NCBI RefSeq assembly: GCF_040938485.1
Contig: NW_027271081.1
Location: 1,364,001 to 1,428,000 of the forward strand
Source: Diadema antillarum
Lineage: Eukaryota
Reading direction: 5' to 3'
DNA length: 64,000 nucleotides
Below are positions 47,910 through 59,739 of this stretch, piece by piece; positions within the stretch are counted from its first letter, which is position 1; the number at the start of each line of letters is the position of its first letter. The notes below the pieces were generated by a model. That model was not told the DNA's origin and made no database searches. It saw only the letters and a list, made by a program, of their open reading frames with translations. The translations under genes were made by a program, and so were the position numbers.

Positions 47910-50900
47910 ATTTGACATCTATCCTCATTACCTGCTACAGGGTCATCTTTGCTGATGTCGACACAGGACTTGTGATACCATTCATGCTTTTTACAGTGCT
48001 CTGCTAGGTGGCATTGCACCATCCCCTCATCTCCAGTCTGACACTTCTTATGGCAGAAGCAGTAGATGTACGAGTCACTGTCTTTACACCCTTGAGAGCA
48101 GTACCAGTCTTCGTCAGAATCTGGTGCCTCTTGGAGTCCCACACAGCTTAAATGGAACCATGCATGTCTACATGTCTTAGAGCAGCACATGACCATTTCA
48201 TCTGACTTCTCTGTTGGTATATAAGCAAACATACAATGGCAAATAAACAAAAAACACTTTAGGGTTATAAAGTGTTTATAGTAACTGTGTGCACAGTTGT
48301 ATGTGAACTGAATTCAACTTGGTATTATCAGATCTTAATATTTACATTTGAAATCATGTCAGCTGTTAATGCTTCAGTAAAATGTTTCATTTTATTTGGA
48401 GAGTGCCACATCACTGCAGTGAGCTTTAATGCCTCGTAAGACAAATATAATAGATTTTAAGTTATTGATATGTAGATTAACAATGAAAATCCTCCCATAA
48501 ATAATTCATAACACACTAGTATATACTGTGGACATGGAAGCTGTATTATCAACCCTTTTTCTCATTAGGCCCATTTCAGTAACTAGGGTAATGAATGGAG
48601 TGTCAACAGTAGGCATTTATGCAATCTGTTGCAATACAAAATGTCACTTCCAATTCCTTCAAGAGCCAGATCCATTCTTGCATCACAGAATATGTTTCTA
48701 CTCGCAGACATGGTAACTAGACAATGATGAGTCACGTTGTCATGGCTATTTCAAAAGAGATGTTCATGAATTTCCTACCATCATATAAGATCTTTCTAGC
48801 CAAACATCAACCATTACACGAATATTCAGATTGAAGTTACCTTTTGTGTTGCAGAAACAGTACCGTAGAGCGTCATCAGGAACATCTCTTAATTTCTGAT
48901 CAAAACCTGCTGCAGCTACTTGCACATCTCCTCGATCTGGCGGAGCCCAGCAGAAGTCCACCACCCGCTGTGATAGATTAGATAGCCACTTGAGCTGTGC
49001 TTCTACATCCTGCTCAGTTGGCAATCCTTTTGGCTGATCCTCTAGTGATGATACTCCGCATAGTTTCATTGCACACAGAACGATGTGTGATTCTGTCACA
49101 AACTAAAACGTTGAATGAGAGAATAAGAAATCTCTGAAACATGGTCTATTGAGAGTGAAACTAAGTAAATGTTATTTAGGATGGAAGGGGCAGGAATGAT
49201 GAGTTAAGTAGCTGAATATCACCCAACGTCCACACATAAAAAAGTAACATAGCCAATCCAAATGCAGTAATTATTTTTTTTCATGAATTGAAATCGTCAC
49301 AATTTCATTTATGTTGCAATTATCAGTTGTATGAGATTACTTAAAAACAACCAAAACTCAGTTGCAGTGAGCATCAACAAATAAAGAATTAGTAGTTCAC
49401 ACAAAGTCTATCATGGATTTATTACCTACACCAAGGAAGGAGGTTATGCTTTTGTCTGTTTTGATTTGTCAGAGTGCAAAATAACTCAAGTTGTCTACAG
49501 ATTTGATGAAACTTTACTCACAGAAAAAGTTGAGAATGTCACAAAAAAACGCTGAAGAGGTAATCACATTTCAGCATTTTTTGTATATTTTTACTTACCT
49601 ATCATTGGGAGTTATATGTGTATAAGTGGAAATGAATTGCTTCGAAGAGGTCTATGCTCTCTGATTCCTTTTCTAGTTTTTGTATTTTCATACAAAAGTT
49701 TATATACACTTATATATACCTTATACAGATCCCAGACATGCTGAAAGTTCTCAACTGCATCTCTCTTGAATGACCTGTGATTGAACTCATTCTTCAGTTG
49801 AGCAATGGTTCCCCTGTCAGCCAGGCTGGATGCTTGGAAGAACTTGTTGTTTGAATCCTGTTTGTATGATAATGATTATGCATAGTTCATATAATAGGCA
49901 CAGCTAGGATTGGGTTTGTAGGTGTTTCATGTTAGTGGCTTTGCCTCCCCAACACACTTTACATGTACAATAAAAGGGAGGCACCCGTGTTGGAAACTGT
50001 CACCCCAATGCAGAGTGTTCAAATCAGATTGCAATTGAACTGAATGTTTAATTATTTCGTATTCATGAATGAACTACCTGTACATGAGGCCCTTTATTTT
50101 TATATGTGGCCTTTGGAAATCTACCATAAATTTCAGAATGAAAGAAAAAAATCCTTTACTTTAACATACCATTACTGCCGTTGTCAAATTGAGCCAATAT
50201 TTTTTTTCTTGTTTTTTTTTAAAGGCAGGTTGTGAATACAAAAGAAATTTTTTGCACACATATTTCTGACTATCTGCATCACTACTTCCATCCCCAAATT
50301 ATCAGTTCCCAGAGTGACCTATATTTCAAAAAAGAAAGGAAGGGAGGAACGAAGGAAGGAAGAAAGAAAGAAAGAAAGAGAAATTGAAGTAATGTTTCTT
50401 GCAAAAGTGATGTATTTAATACTATGATTGCAGACCACAGGCAAGCAACATATGGGAGGGTTAATTTTTGGGCAGACTAGGTATTACAATGTATCTTTTT
50501 TCTCAGAGTGCTTCCTACCCCAGTGGCGGATCCAGAGGGGGCGCAACCAGCACACGCCCCCCCCCTTTAATTTTCATTAGAAACAAAGAAAATAAAAAGG
50601 ATAAAATGAAATGAAACCCAGAAGTGGCAATAGTAATATTAGTCACGCCCCCACCCCCCCCCCCTTTACAGAATTCCGGGATCCGCCCCTGCTACCCTCC
50701 CCTTCTTTAAAATTGCATTCAAACCTACCATATCCCCACAATGATTACTTTAACCCCTCCTTATGATAGAATAGGAATAAACTACAAAAACATGTTTCAA
50801 GGAAGACAAGCACTCCTATTTAATGCACATGCATTGAATAAAAACAATTGTGTTACCATGTTAAATAAAAACTTACACATTGAGATTTCTCATCCATTTC

Positions 50901-53900
50901 AGTAGTATGAGAATGAAGGATTCTGGAGGGAATCTTGTTCTGTAGATGCTTAAGTTGCGTCATGTGCTTGGGTAGCAGGGACTGTACCAGAAAAACTGCT
51001 CTTGCTCTCTGTCGCTCAAACACATCAGGAGATGGAAGGAATGTGTATGGATCAAGACTTGATGCTGGTACTTGTAGAATTGCTGATCCCTCTTTGACTC
51101 GATCTTTGACAGCAAAACACATCGTTTGCAGGAGGAACTTGTTTCCATGTCCTTTCCTCTGATGTTTGGCTTCAGTTCCAACCTGTATGTTGTCAATACA
51201 GAAGCCATAGCTGTATCCGCCGGTGTCCTTGATCGTCTGCTGAGTTTCTGGTTTTTCCTAATAAGCAGAAAGAGGGGAAAAAGTTTGTCTTTCTTTAACC
51301 CAATAAGGCCCAAGCTTATTTTGACCCCTTCCAGGGGGGGGGGGGGGGGCACACATTGTGCTCTATATAATCTTTTTACTATATGATGTATGACTGTCAT
51401 ATTTGGCACTTTATATCAATCATTTTCATTTGCCACAAGTGAAAAGCAAGTAAAACCTTCACTATTTTGTAATGGTTGAAATTTATTAAGGTCAACATGT
51501 GGGGGCGCTATTCATACAAGGTAAAGAAAATAATGCATAAGAGCTACGCTGAATTGCTTGGGATAGTTTTAGATATTTGTATCACATTTCATATTTCCAT
51601 AGTATTGATATTCTTTTGCAGATTTATAATATGATAAACAAATGATGTTAAAGGCAAAACACATAATAATAGGGTAATCTTAAGAAAATGCTGCATTTTC
51701 AATTATTTCCATTATATTTCTTGTTTGATGGCTATGTCACAGCGACCATTGTAGGGTAATTCACAACCATAATTACTTCACTTTTTGGTCCTTCAGCAAA
51801 TTACAGCCAAGAAAACCCCATTTTATCTATTATCATAATTGTTAACTGAAATTGGAACAGAAAATCATGCAAAATCTGACGAACATGGTTGTCAGTTTAT
51901 GGTTGCCCCTGGCAGCTAGTAATACCTGACATAGTTAAATTATATATCAAACTGTTTGCAATAAGATTTTAGGAAAGGTCACCAAATATTGTTGAAATCA
52001 GGTAAAGGGTGTCGGAGTGGCGAACAAAAACATTGTGCCCCCCCCCCCCCCCCTTGGGCTTTATAGGGTTAAAGTGTGCGGATAACAGGGGGGACATGAC
52101 ATTTTCATCTCTTGCTTCTCATCTACAGATGTGTTTATTGGGTGTTGACACTTTAGAGATTCAAAATAATTTTCTTAAAATATTAGTTCTGCAGATCAAG
52201 TACATTTTCCAAGCTTTCTAACAAAATAACCCTTTGAGTAGCATTCTACAACTTTTCACTGAAATAAGTTTGCCCACCTGAGATTCTTTCCACTTCCACA
52301 GTTCATCATCATGTTTCTTCCCAATGATGTCCACATTTCGTCTGGCTGTGTCCGCACTTTGAGATATCCCCATGTGGTTCAATGTGGTGAATACCTTGTG
52401 GCTCACTCGTTGTCTCCAGAGCTCTATCCCAATGCAGGATTGCACAAATTTGTAGATCGGACATTTTGTGTAGAGGACAATTGCAAGTATTTGACCAGCC
52501 TTTCGAGCCAGATCACTGCAAAGAAGATTTATTATATCATTTATAACATCTGTATTACCATTAATGACATAACTTTTTATTACATCACTGTAATTTATGA
52601 AAAATGTGTTTGGTCTTGGTCACTTGTTGCTTGTTCCCAGTAATATTATAGGAAAAGGGAAAAGGATGTGTTTTAAGAACATTAGGCCTATCATTATGAA
52701 CTTGTTCAAACTGGTTATTTTTGTGTTTTATTTTGATATATATGTATGAAAACAGTTGATTGTTACCCGTTGAGACGAAAGAGGAACTTCAGTTTTTTTT
52801 CTTTTGTTAACCAAATACATTTCATACATAAATAGAACATTCTTTTTCACAGAATCTGTTAGCCATCATTTGTGAATATATTTTGATTTGATTTGATGTA
52901 TTTTCCACTTTCAATCAGATACAAATTGAAAACAAATTTCAAAAGCACAAAGACAAAGAACAGCAAGTGCAGTGATATTTAACAATGTAGTGTACAAACA
53001 GATACAAATAAGCAATTGCATTAAGCAGTATATGTGTATACATACACACAAAAACATATTTTTTTCAGTAAATAACAGAGACAATTGAATGCAGGAGACT
53101 GCCATCGTAAGCGATTTAACTTGAAATGGATGGGGCCTCATTAAACTATCCAGTGACACAACTCTAAGATGAAAGTTAGTGCTCAGGTGGATCCAGTTAC
53201 TGTATATAATTCATTCACTCATAATATGTTATATATACACACATCTCTATTATATTGACATTATGTTCAATTATTATGTCTTGTTATGCTGCTATTATAG
53301 GGCCTACCCATAAACAGCCCTCAGGGTTCTCTCCGCAGTTCATAGGTAATTGTCAATAGTGTTGATTTTATCTTACATTATATTTACCTTCTGTTTTCTC
53401 CATTTTTCTTGACTGGCATCATTGCCCAGATGCAGCTTACTGTGGCTGGCATGCTCTGCTCTGCCTCCTCCAAGGCTTTTTCCCAGGAAAATGCAGCAAC
53501 TGTAGTGTGGTTCACTTCTTGCTGAAACGCTTCCAGCTTTGGTTTTGCTTTCATCTGACATTGAAGATGAAGTAACAATCTTTAAATAAATATGCATAAA
53601 TTATTTTCTGCAGAAAATGAAAATCAGGAAGAAAAGCTGTGCTGAATTAAAAGTGTGAAGAAGAATGAAATTACTGTTTCCTTCTTTTCATCTCATTATC
53701 CATCTGTGAAAAGTAAGTGTTTTCTATAGTAAAGGGAGGGTAAAATTTTGTCGTGATGGGGCTTTTGGTTTCCATCGTTTTTATTATGATGAACGGATGC
53801 TGATTCTTTTTTTAGTTAGAATCTCTTTGTGGTTATTTGCGTGTATTCAGTATAATGCGAGTCAAAGCACACCTCGAATACAACTAAACCAACTCTGTTC

Positions 53901-55714
53901 AGCCAAATATCATTACAACCTCAAGTAACAGTAAATGAATGGATAACTAAATAAATAGAATTAAAAAGAAATCCTAATTGAGGTGATAAATATTATTTAC
54001 ATATTTTATGGCTCGGTCACAAAAAAAAAAAAAAAAATTGATATCAAGATAAGAACTGCTACGAACGTAAGTTCGGATCCTGGTCGATGATCTAATGCAA
54101 AGGTTTTTTGTTTTGTTTTGTTTTGTTTTTTAACTTCGTGAAAACCCCACTCTTCGTAAGGTGGCCATTATTATGAACCTCAGAATTCGTATACGAACAG
54201 TGACATTCGTACGAGCGCTTCGTTCCAACGAACTTTTCAGTGACCCGATAGATGGCAAACTTAGTTGTTACGATTTCAGTGATCACCCCTCCCCCCTCCC
54301 CCCCCCAAAAAAAAAAAAAAAAAAAATGGAGAAAAAAGTAATTCCGAGGGTGAACATGTTGTGGGTACCTAGCTGCTGGTGATGAAAGAACTAATAGGCC
54401 CATATTTTGTGACCCGCTCCAACAAAAAGATCCAGAAGTCGTCGGAGGATTTTCTTAAAATGACATGACATTATCCCCTTACTCTCCTGCTTTAAGTTCG
54501 TATATAACAAGACTAATTAAAGTACTTGGTTGCGGAGATATCAATGATTTTATGAGACCATGTCGACTGAGTGGTCTAAGAAAAGCTAAGAAATCAGCGT
54601 TTTGAGAAAACCGCGCCTTCAATGTTTGTTTTGTTCTTTTTTTATCCCCCGATACATGCCATGCACGGATCGATAAGATCACTCCCTCGTTGCTAGGGGC
54701 GGGGCCTTTCTGCGGCGCTAAATCTAAATCGTCGGACACTTCTGTTCAGTTGAAAGTCGCAAAATCAGGGCCAAGAAAAATTCTACTCTCTTGCCTTTCC
54801 TTTAATCATTTAGCGTCGAAATTTCGGCAGATGATAGACGATATATTAGACTACAAAACCATGTCAAAAACGGAAATTTGATAGTTTTGGCCGATTTTGA
54901 CGATCTGACGTTAAACACAATTTTCTCGGCTCAGCCGTCAGCGATTCTAGAATCCTTTCGTTGTGGCAAGTCATATTTATTCTTAAATTGATATTAACAG
55001 CGATAATAATTCTACTACTAATAAATATAATATACTGTATGCAGCAGCGTCATAATTGTGATGTTAACACATAGGCCTAAGAATGAAAACAGCGTACCTC
55101 ATTTTTGATCATCTCTGCTGCGGCAGTAATCACTGCTCGCTTTGCGGGTGCAGAGTTCTTGGACATTGTCCGGATGCCCAGCAAATACCGATATGATTTT
55201 ATAAACCCCACTGCTTTCTCTAGTGGTGTTGGCATAGAATCATCGGGATCCCCGGATGCACGCTCTTCTCCTTCTCCTTCTCCTTCTCCTTCTCCTTCTT
55301 CATCTTCCTCTTCATCGCTTGCTTCACATCCAGTGTTCTCAGCTTGACTTCCTCCAACATTGAAATCAAGCTGCTCTGTTTGACTTGTGGATATCTGTTT
55401 TTGTGGGGTCGCAAAAAGGGCCCTCTTTTTTGCCTTGGGGGTTGGGGATACTGGCTCCTTATTCTCGCGTAGTTGACTTCTCGGAGGGCGCCGACGAGCA
55501 GTCCGTTTTTCCCTCGTTTCATAGTGTTTCGGAATATTTCGGTGCGGCATTTAGTGCACACAAAATTGTCTAGGTATACAGTCCTGCCACAAAGCTTGAA
55601 GGCTGTACCCGGAGATGTCACAATTGTGGCAAGTCTAGATCGATTGTACCCCTTCAGTCCTTTTTCAAATAAAGTCATGCACATAGCACATCTCGATGGA
55701 TCAAAATGAGCCAT
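44004..55714 (-). CDS. Academ-type transposase with two PHD fingers; disrupted (1-nt frameshift, central core apparently missing)
   Basis: Exons 55714-55098, 53554-53388, 52515-52278, 51257-50877, 49857-49720, 49102-48841, 48210-47932, 47086-46859, 46288-46157, 44365-44004, all GT-AG. They are phase-consistent if 1 nt is restored in exon 1 (about 934 aa). Motifs FSWEKALEE, LNHMGISQS, FCIDNIQ, AVKDRV, DRGTIAQLKN, AVREGDG..WK, HPKY, WNRVAN..GGNIGLDLVNE and PGREH match Academ transposases. Confidence 0.82.
47876..47907. repeat. (CA)n microsatellite in a transposase intron
   Basis: Uninterrupted CA run. Confidence 0.85.
50521..50691. mobile_element. MITE nested in a transposase intron
   Basis: CAGTGGCGGATCC...GGATCCGCCCCTG TIRs flanked by the direct repeat CTACCC (50515-50520, 50692-50697). 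Confidence 0.6.
51295..52072. mobile_element. piggyBac-like non-autonomous element nested in a transposase intron
   Basis: TTAA-CCCAATAAGGCCC...GGGCTTTATAGGG-TTAA. Confidence 0.65.
54406..54977. mobile_element. Unclassified element with imperfect TIRs of about 35 bp in transposase intron 1
   Basis: Left TGTGACCCGCTCCAACAAAAAGATCCAGAAGTCG versus right reverse complement TATGACTTGCCACAACGAAAGGATTCTAGAATCG; CpG-richer than the flanks. Confidence 0.4.
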
Positions 55715-56475
55715 GACTCCGTCCAGCGGTTAAGAGAAAAAGGGGGAAAAGAGAGACAGGCTTTACCCTGCGTGCTCAGAAAAGTTTTCCCGCCATCGTG
55801 TGCAGCTTTGGTCAGAGCGACGAACTTAGCTGATCTCATACAGCCTAGAAACACGAGGAGGGAGCGCAAAAGTTACGCAAGTGTGGATTTACACCTGGGG
55901 AACGCATGCACGTGGTTAGTCAAGCCTAAGGCGGTTAGCACATACTGAATATGTGACAGGAAAAAAACATAAATGTCGCAATGATGAAAACGGTATACCC
56001 CGCTCTTCCAAAACTGTCTATACACAACATATTGCCAATGTGAGGTGGTTTCATGACAAGCAAATAATCACACTCTGCAGTCTGTACGTACACCAATTTT
56101 CATGACAATAATACTTTCAGCCATTCTTAAAAGGTAGACGGAAAAAAGTGACATTTTGGCGTTTCATCTAGACTTTCAACTCAGAGCGGAAATATTTCCC
56201 GTATCGTATCATTTTGTCCAGAATATGTTCAAATTAGTCCATAAACATCTGTCAATGTCTAAGGTACATGTTTGTGTGGATAAATTAGCTTAATTTCACA
56301 GTTCTATAGGTATAATCTTTGCATTATAAACTGACTATTGACACTTGAACTTTGTCTTAATGACATAAACCTCTCGGGAAAATCATCAAGCAATACATGT
56401 ATATGTGCTGTTTTATTAAGGATGTCTTGAGCATTTTTCAAAATATTATTATGTACATTATAACTATATATATAA

Positions 56476-56521
<46 letters not shown>

Positions 56522-58493
56522 TACGTGTATGGTGCAAAATGTTTACCTTTGATCTTTAGCCCATTGCATGGCCTCAAACTTTATTTATTATATGCAGAAT
56601 CAACCTTTACCTGATAATACTTTCAATGTGTACATGTAGTTTCATGAAAATAAATTCAGAAATTGTACATGTTGATATATATAGAGATGTTGGGAAAATG
56701 ATGGACTTGTAGTATAACCTTGACCTAAGATCATTGCCTCTGATAGGCACAGCATATTAGTGCACTCATACAGTGTGCATGTAAGTGACACTGGGCTTGC
56801 ATTATTGTCACCTTCCCTCCCCAGGTATATAGTATCACGATCATGAGAATGAGTACTAGGGACATGACATAATAATTTAGTGCTTATTTTATTCCTAATG
56901 CGAATGAGAAGGAAGAGAATAAGTGTATGAATATGCTTGTACATTACCATCACCAATACATAAAAGGTGTAATCACACACTCGTATGTATAAATAACAAT
57001 ATCAATATGAAGCTATAATTGAGTGTATAGTGTTATTAGATATAGTGTCGATAATAGTGCAAAAAAAGACACTAAATGTTTTGAAAATGACATATATATA
57101 GGGAGCAGTGGAATACAATCCCCATGACCATATGGATGGATCTGAAAGGGTTACTTTCTAGTTTTTCATTAACCAATCCATCATACCGTTAAGATGAAAG
57201 CCAGTCTAAAACTTTATCTATATTTCATGAGAATGAAAAAAAAAAATCCAGGAGAACACTGCAAAAATGATAAAATCAGATTAAAAAAAAAAAGGAAATA
57301 ATGACATTCTGATATAAAAATTTCGGAAGACACTCCTTGTCCCGTTGCTATGAATGAATGAATGAATGAATGAAGAAAATGAAGGACTACTCAGAGTCAA
57401 CTTTATTGATCTGTATATCACAGTACATAGAAATTTAGCTTCCAGTTCATCCAACTTGTTACACACAAATAATCATTAAACACACATGCGTGCAGACACA
57501 CACACACAATCAAACAGCAAGTGACATGCCCGAAAGAAAAAGACAGGAAAGGATTCCCATACGGTGGAAGTCTTTGAAAAAAGAAAGGTCTCTTTAATAA
57601 ATAATCAAACAATCCTGAAACATTGAAAATAGACAAGACATGTATGTAACAGAAGTGTATTCAAATCAAATCACAGCAGATAATAAACATGAAGCAAAAA
57701 TGAATATGAGTCCCCAAGAAGCAGAGCTTGTGAGTGGAGCCCATTGTGAATGTACAACATTTTACAGTGTGAAAGGAAACTTGATTTATAGATGAGACAT
57801 CTGGGACATTGCCCCTGCAGACTGGGAAAAAACAAATAAATAAAGAAACAAACAAAGAAACAAACATACCCTCTATCATGAAAATCACCTGTTATTTTCT
57901 TAATCCGTCATATCTCCAGATGTTCATTATGTGTGCACTTCCTTTATTGCAAATAAATAATGAACCACACATTCAAAATGTGCTTTAAAAACGAAATTAA
58001 TAAGTGCCGGTAGGCCCGATAGTAAATCAGCGCCCAACATGCGTTCTTTTTTGTTACATCTCATGAATATTCATTTCAGATCTCAGCGAGCCGTCCGGGT
58101 TTTTTTCCACACGCATACATTGCGTATTATAGTATGTGCTACGTTTTATCCATATTCGCGCATGCGCTGTGTAAGTCGTACCACAATACGAAATGCGGTA
58201 GGACTTTAAAACCCTCGGATAAACTCTTTCACAGGGCTCTCAAAACAGATCATATTGTAAATCGACTTCGCCTGCTGTGATTGTAAGTATCTTATCTAAG
58301 AGTAAGGCTACAAATTTCAGTATAAAACCCTGTATTTTGGTCTCTGGTCACCTAAATGCTAAGCCATATCAGGTGCTTCCGTGACAGGATAGGCCTTGCG
58401 GTGCGACCCCTTTACGGTACGTATTTGTCCGTATGGGGTCGCTGCTGCGGTTAGGGCTACTCTGTACTCTAACGTTACTAAATACTATCATGA

Positions 58494-59363
58494 TTATCGA
58501 TGATCACTTGTTGTTTGCTTACCTGATTGCAATTTTGTCGACACGAGGTGACAAGGGTTATCATCTTCTTCGTCCTCGGTACCGGAGGCGGTGGTGGACG
58601 ATTCACTCATTGGTTCATCTAAAGCATTCCGGAGCTCCTCCTCCAATTCGGAATCGGAATCCATCACCAATTCCCTAGCTTCGTCCACATCGAAAATGGT
58701 CTGGCGACCGTTATGGCTATTTCGGGGAAACCCCAGGCCTCGGCGGCGGAAAAACGCCATTCTGCGCAGGTCGCCGAGGTTCTGGGTGGGGGAGGGGTGG
58801 GCCTACGGGTGGGCGGCGTGAGGTCAAAGATGACGTAGAAACCGCAGCACGGATGTACTGTACTAGTATGCAGTTACTGCTGATACTCAGTAGTTGCGGA
58901 TCGATCGGCAGAATGACAACAAGACAATGTGCGTGCGCTACGCCGGACAGTACACCGTACGCACATTGGGTTTATGCTCAAACGTTGTAATTTGCATATC
59001 ATACATAATAATACGATCGCCAGAGCGTGCGGCGTTTCGCTGGTTGATCATCATTGGTCAGTTTTCAACGCGTTGCGAAGGTCCGATTATCGTCACAATT
59101 TTGACGCTAGATCGCCAGTATTTTGCTTCTCTACTGCCGCAAGACATAGAAAATCATCAATCATACACACAACCGATATCTTTGATGTATTAGGTCCCAC
59201 AATATGTAATTTATTTCTGCCATCAGTACATTATTATAGGTGAAATTTTAGGTTGAAAATTGCATGTTCATGCCGCTCTCTCAGCCCGAGTATACTCGGG
59301 ACAAGTTCACAGCCTGGAAATTCTCAGCCCGAGTATACTCGGGACACGTCCTAAACGGGTTAA
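58494..59363 (-). mobile_element. 5' end of a piggyBac-like element with a remnant acidic N-terminal exon
   Basis: Terminus ...GTCCTAAACGGG-TTAA (59360-59363) and two CCCGAGTATACTCGGG palindromes shared with the 85-bp MITEs. A minus-strand exon 58760-58523 (MAFFRR...FDVDEARELVMDSDSELEEE) ends at a GTAAGC donor. No downstream catalytic exons were recognised. Confidence 0.5.
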
Positions 59364-59739
59364 GAACGTTAGTAAAAGTAGGCCTATAACGTTAGAATCT
59401 ATAACGTTAGGCCTTATGACAAGTAACGTTAGAACGTTAATGTTGTAAAATGTGGAAATCACTAACATGAATAGACTCTAGTCTAACATTAGAGCTAACT
59501 TGTAGTAGAAAATCTAACTAGCTAGTCTAGTAGTAAGATAGTATCCAGTCGCAGTAGGCCCAACGACTCTTTACGCCTAGTAAAACGTGTAGGCCCTAAT
59601 CTAATCATTTTGTATCTTAACTTGTTAACATTAACTCTTAACGTGCCATGGTCGCCGAACGGCGACCTTAGTCTAAGATCCTGACGTGCCATGGTCGCCG
59701 ATCGGCGACTTATGGAACGCCATTAAGGAAACAATACAA

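Larger units (their letters stand above)
38270..55950. mobile_element. AcademHP-like DNA transposon (helicase plus PHD-containing transposase); boundaries approximate
   Basis: Convergent RecQ-like helicase and Academ-type transposase with two PHD fingers, which is the defining content of the AcademH/AcademHP lineage. A matching TIR pair and TSD were not found in the window. Confidence 0.8.

Noticed and set aside
47846-48250. ING-family or other host PHD gene
   Set aside because: The PHD exons splice in phase into transposase exons on both sides, and no ING N-terminal domain is present.
50230-50318. VTLGTDNLGME... as the complete missing transposase exon
   Set aside because: The acceptor looks real, but the sequence loses similarity after about 4 residues, has no catalytic motif and is far too short.
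52762-52778. CCCGTTGAGACG as the left end of the piggyBac-like element ending at 59359
   Set aside because: It is preceded by GTTA rather than TTAA, and it would place two in-phase Academ exons inside the piggyBac. A relic or chance match is more likely.
57418-57888. Minus-strand ORFs as WDR26 5' exons or piggyBac C-terminal exons
   Set aside because: No LisH/CTLH, DDD or cysteine-rich domain pattern in any frame examined.
55950-59250. Right TIR of the Academ-like element
   Set aside because: No inverted match to 38270-38830 was seen by eye, so the boundary is left approximate.
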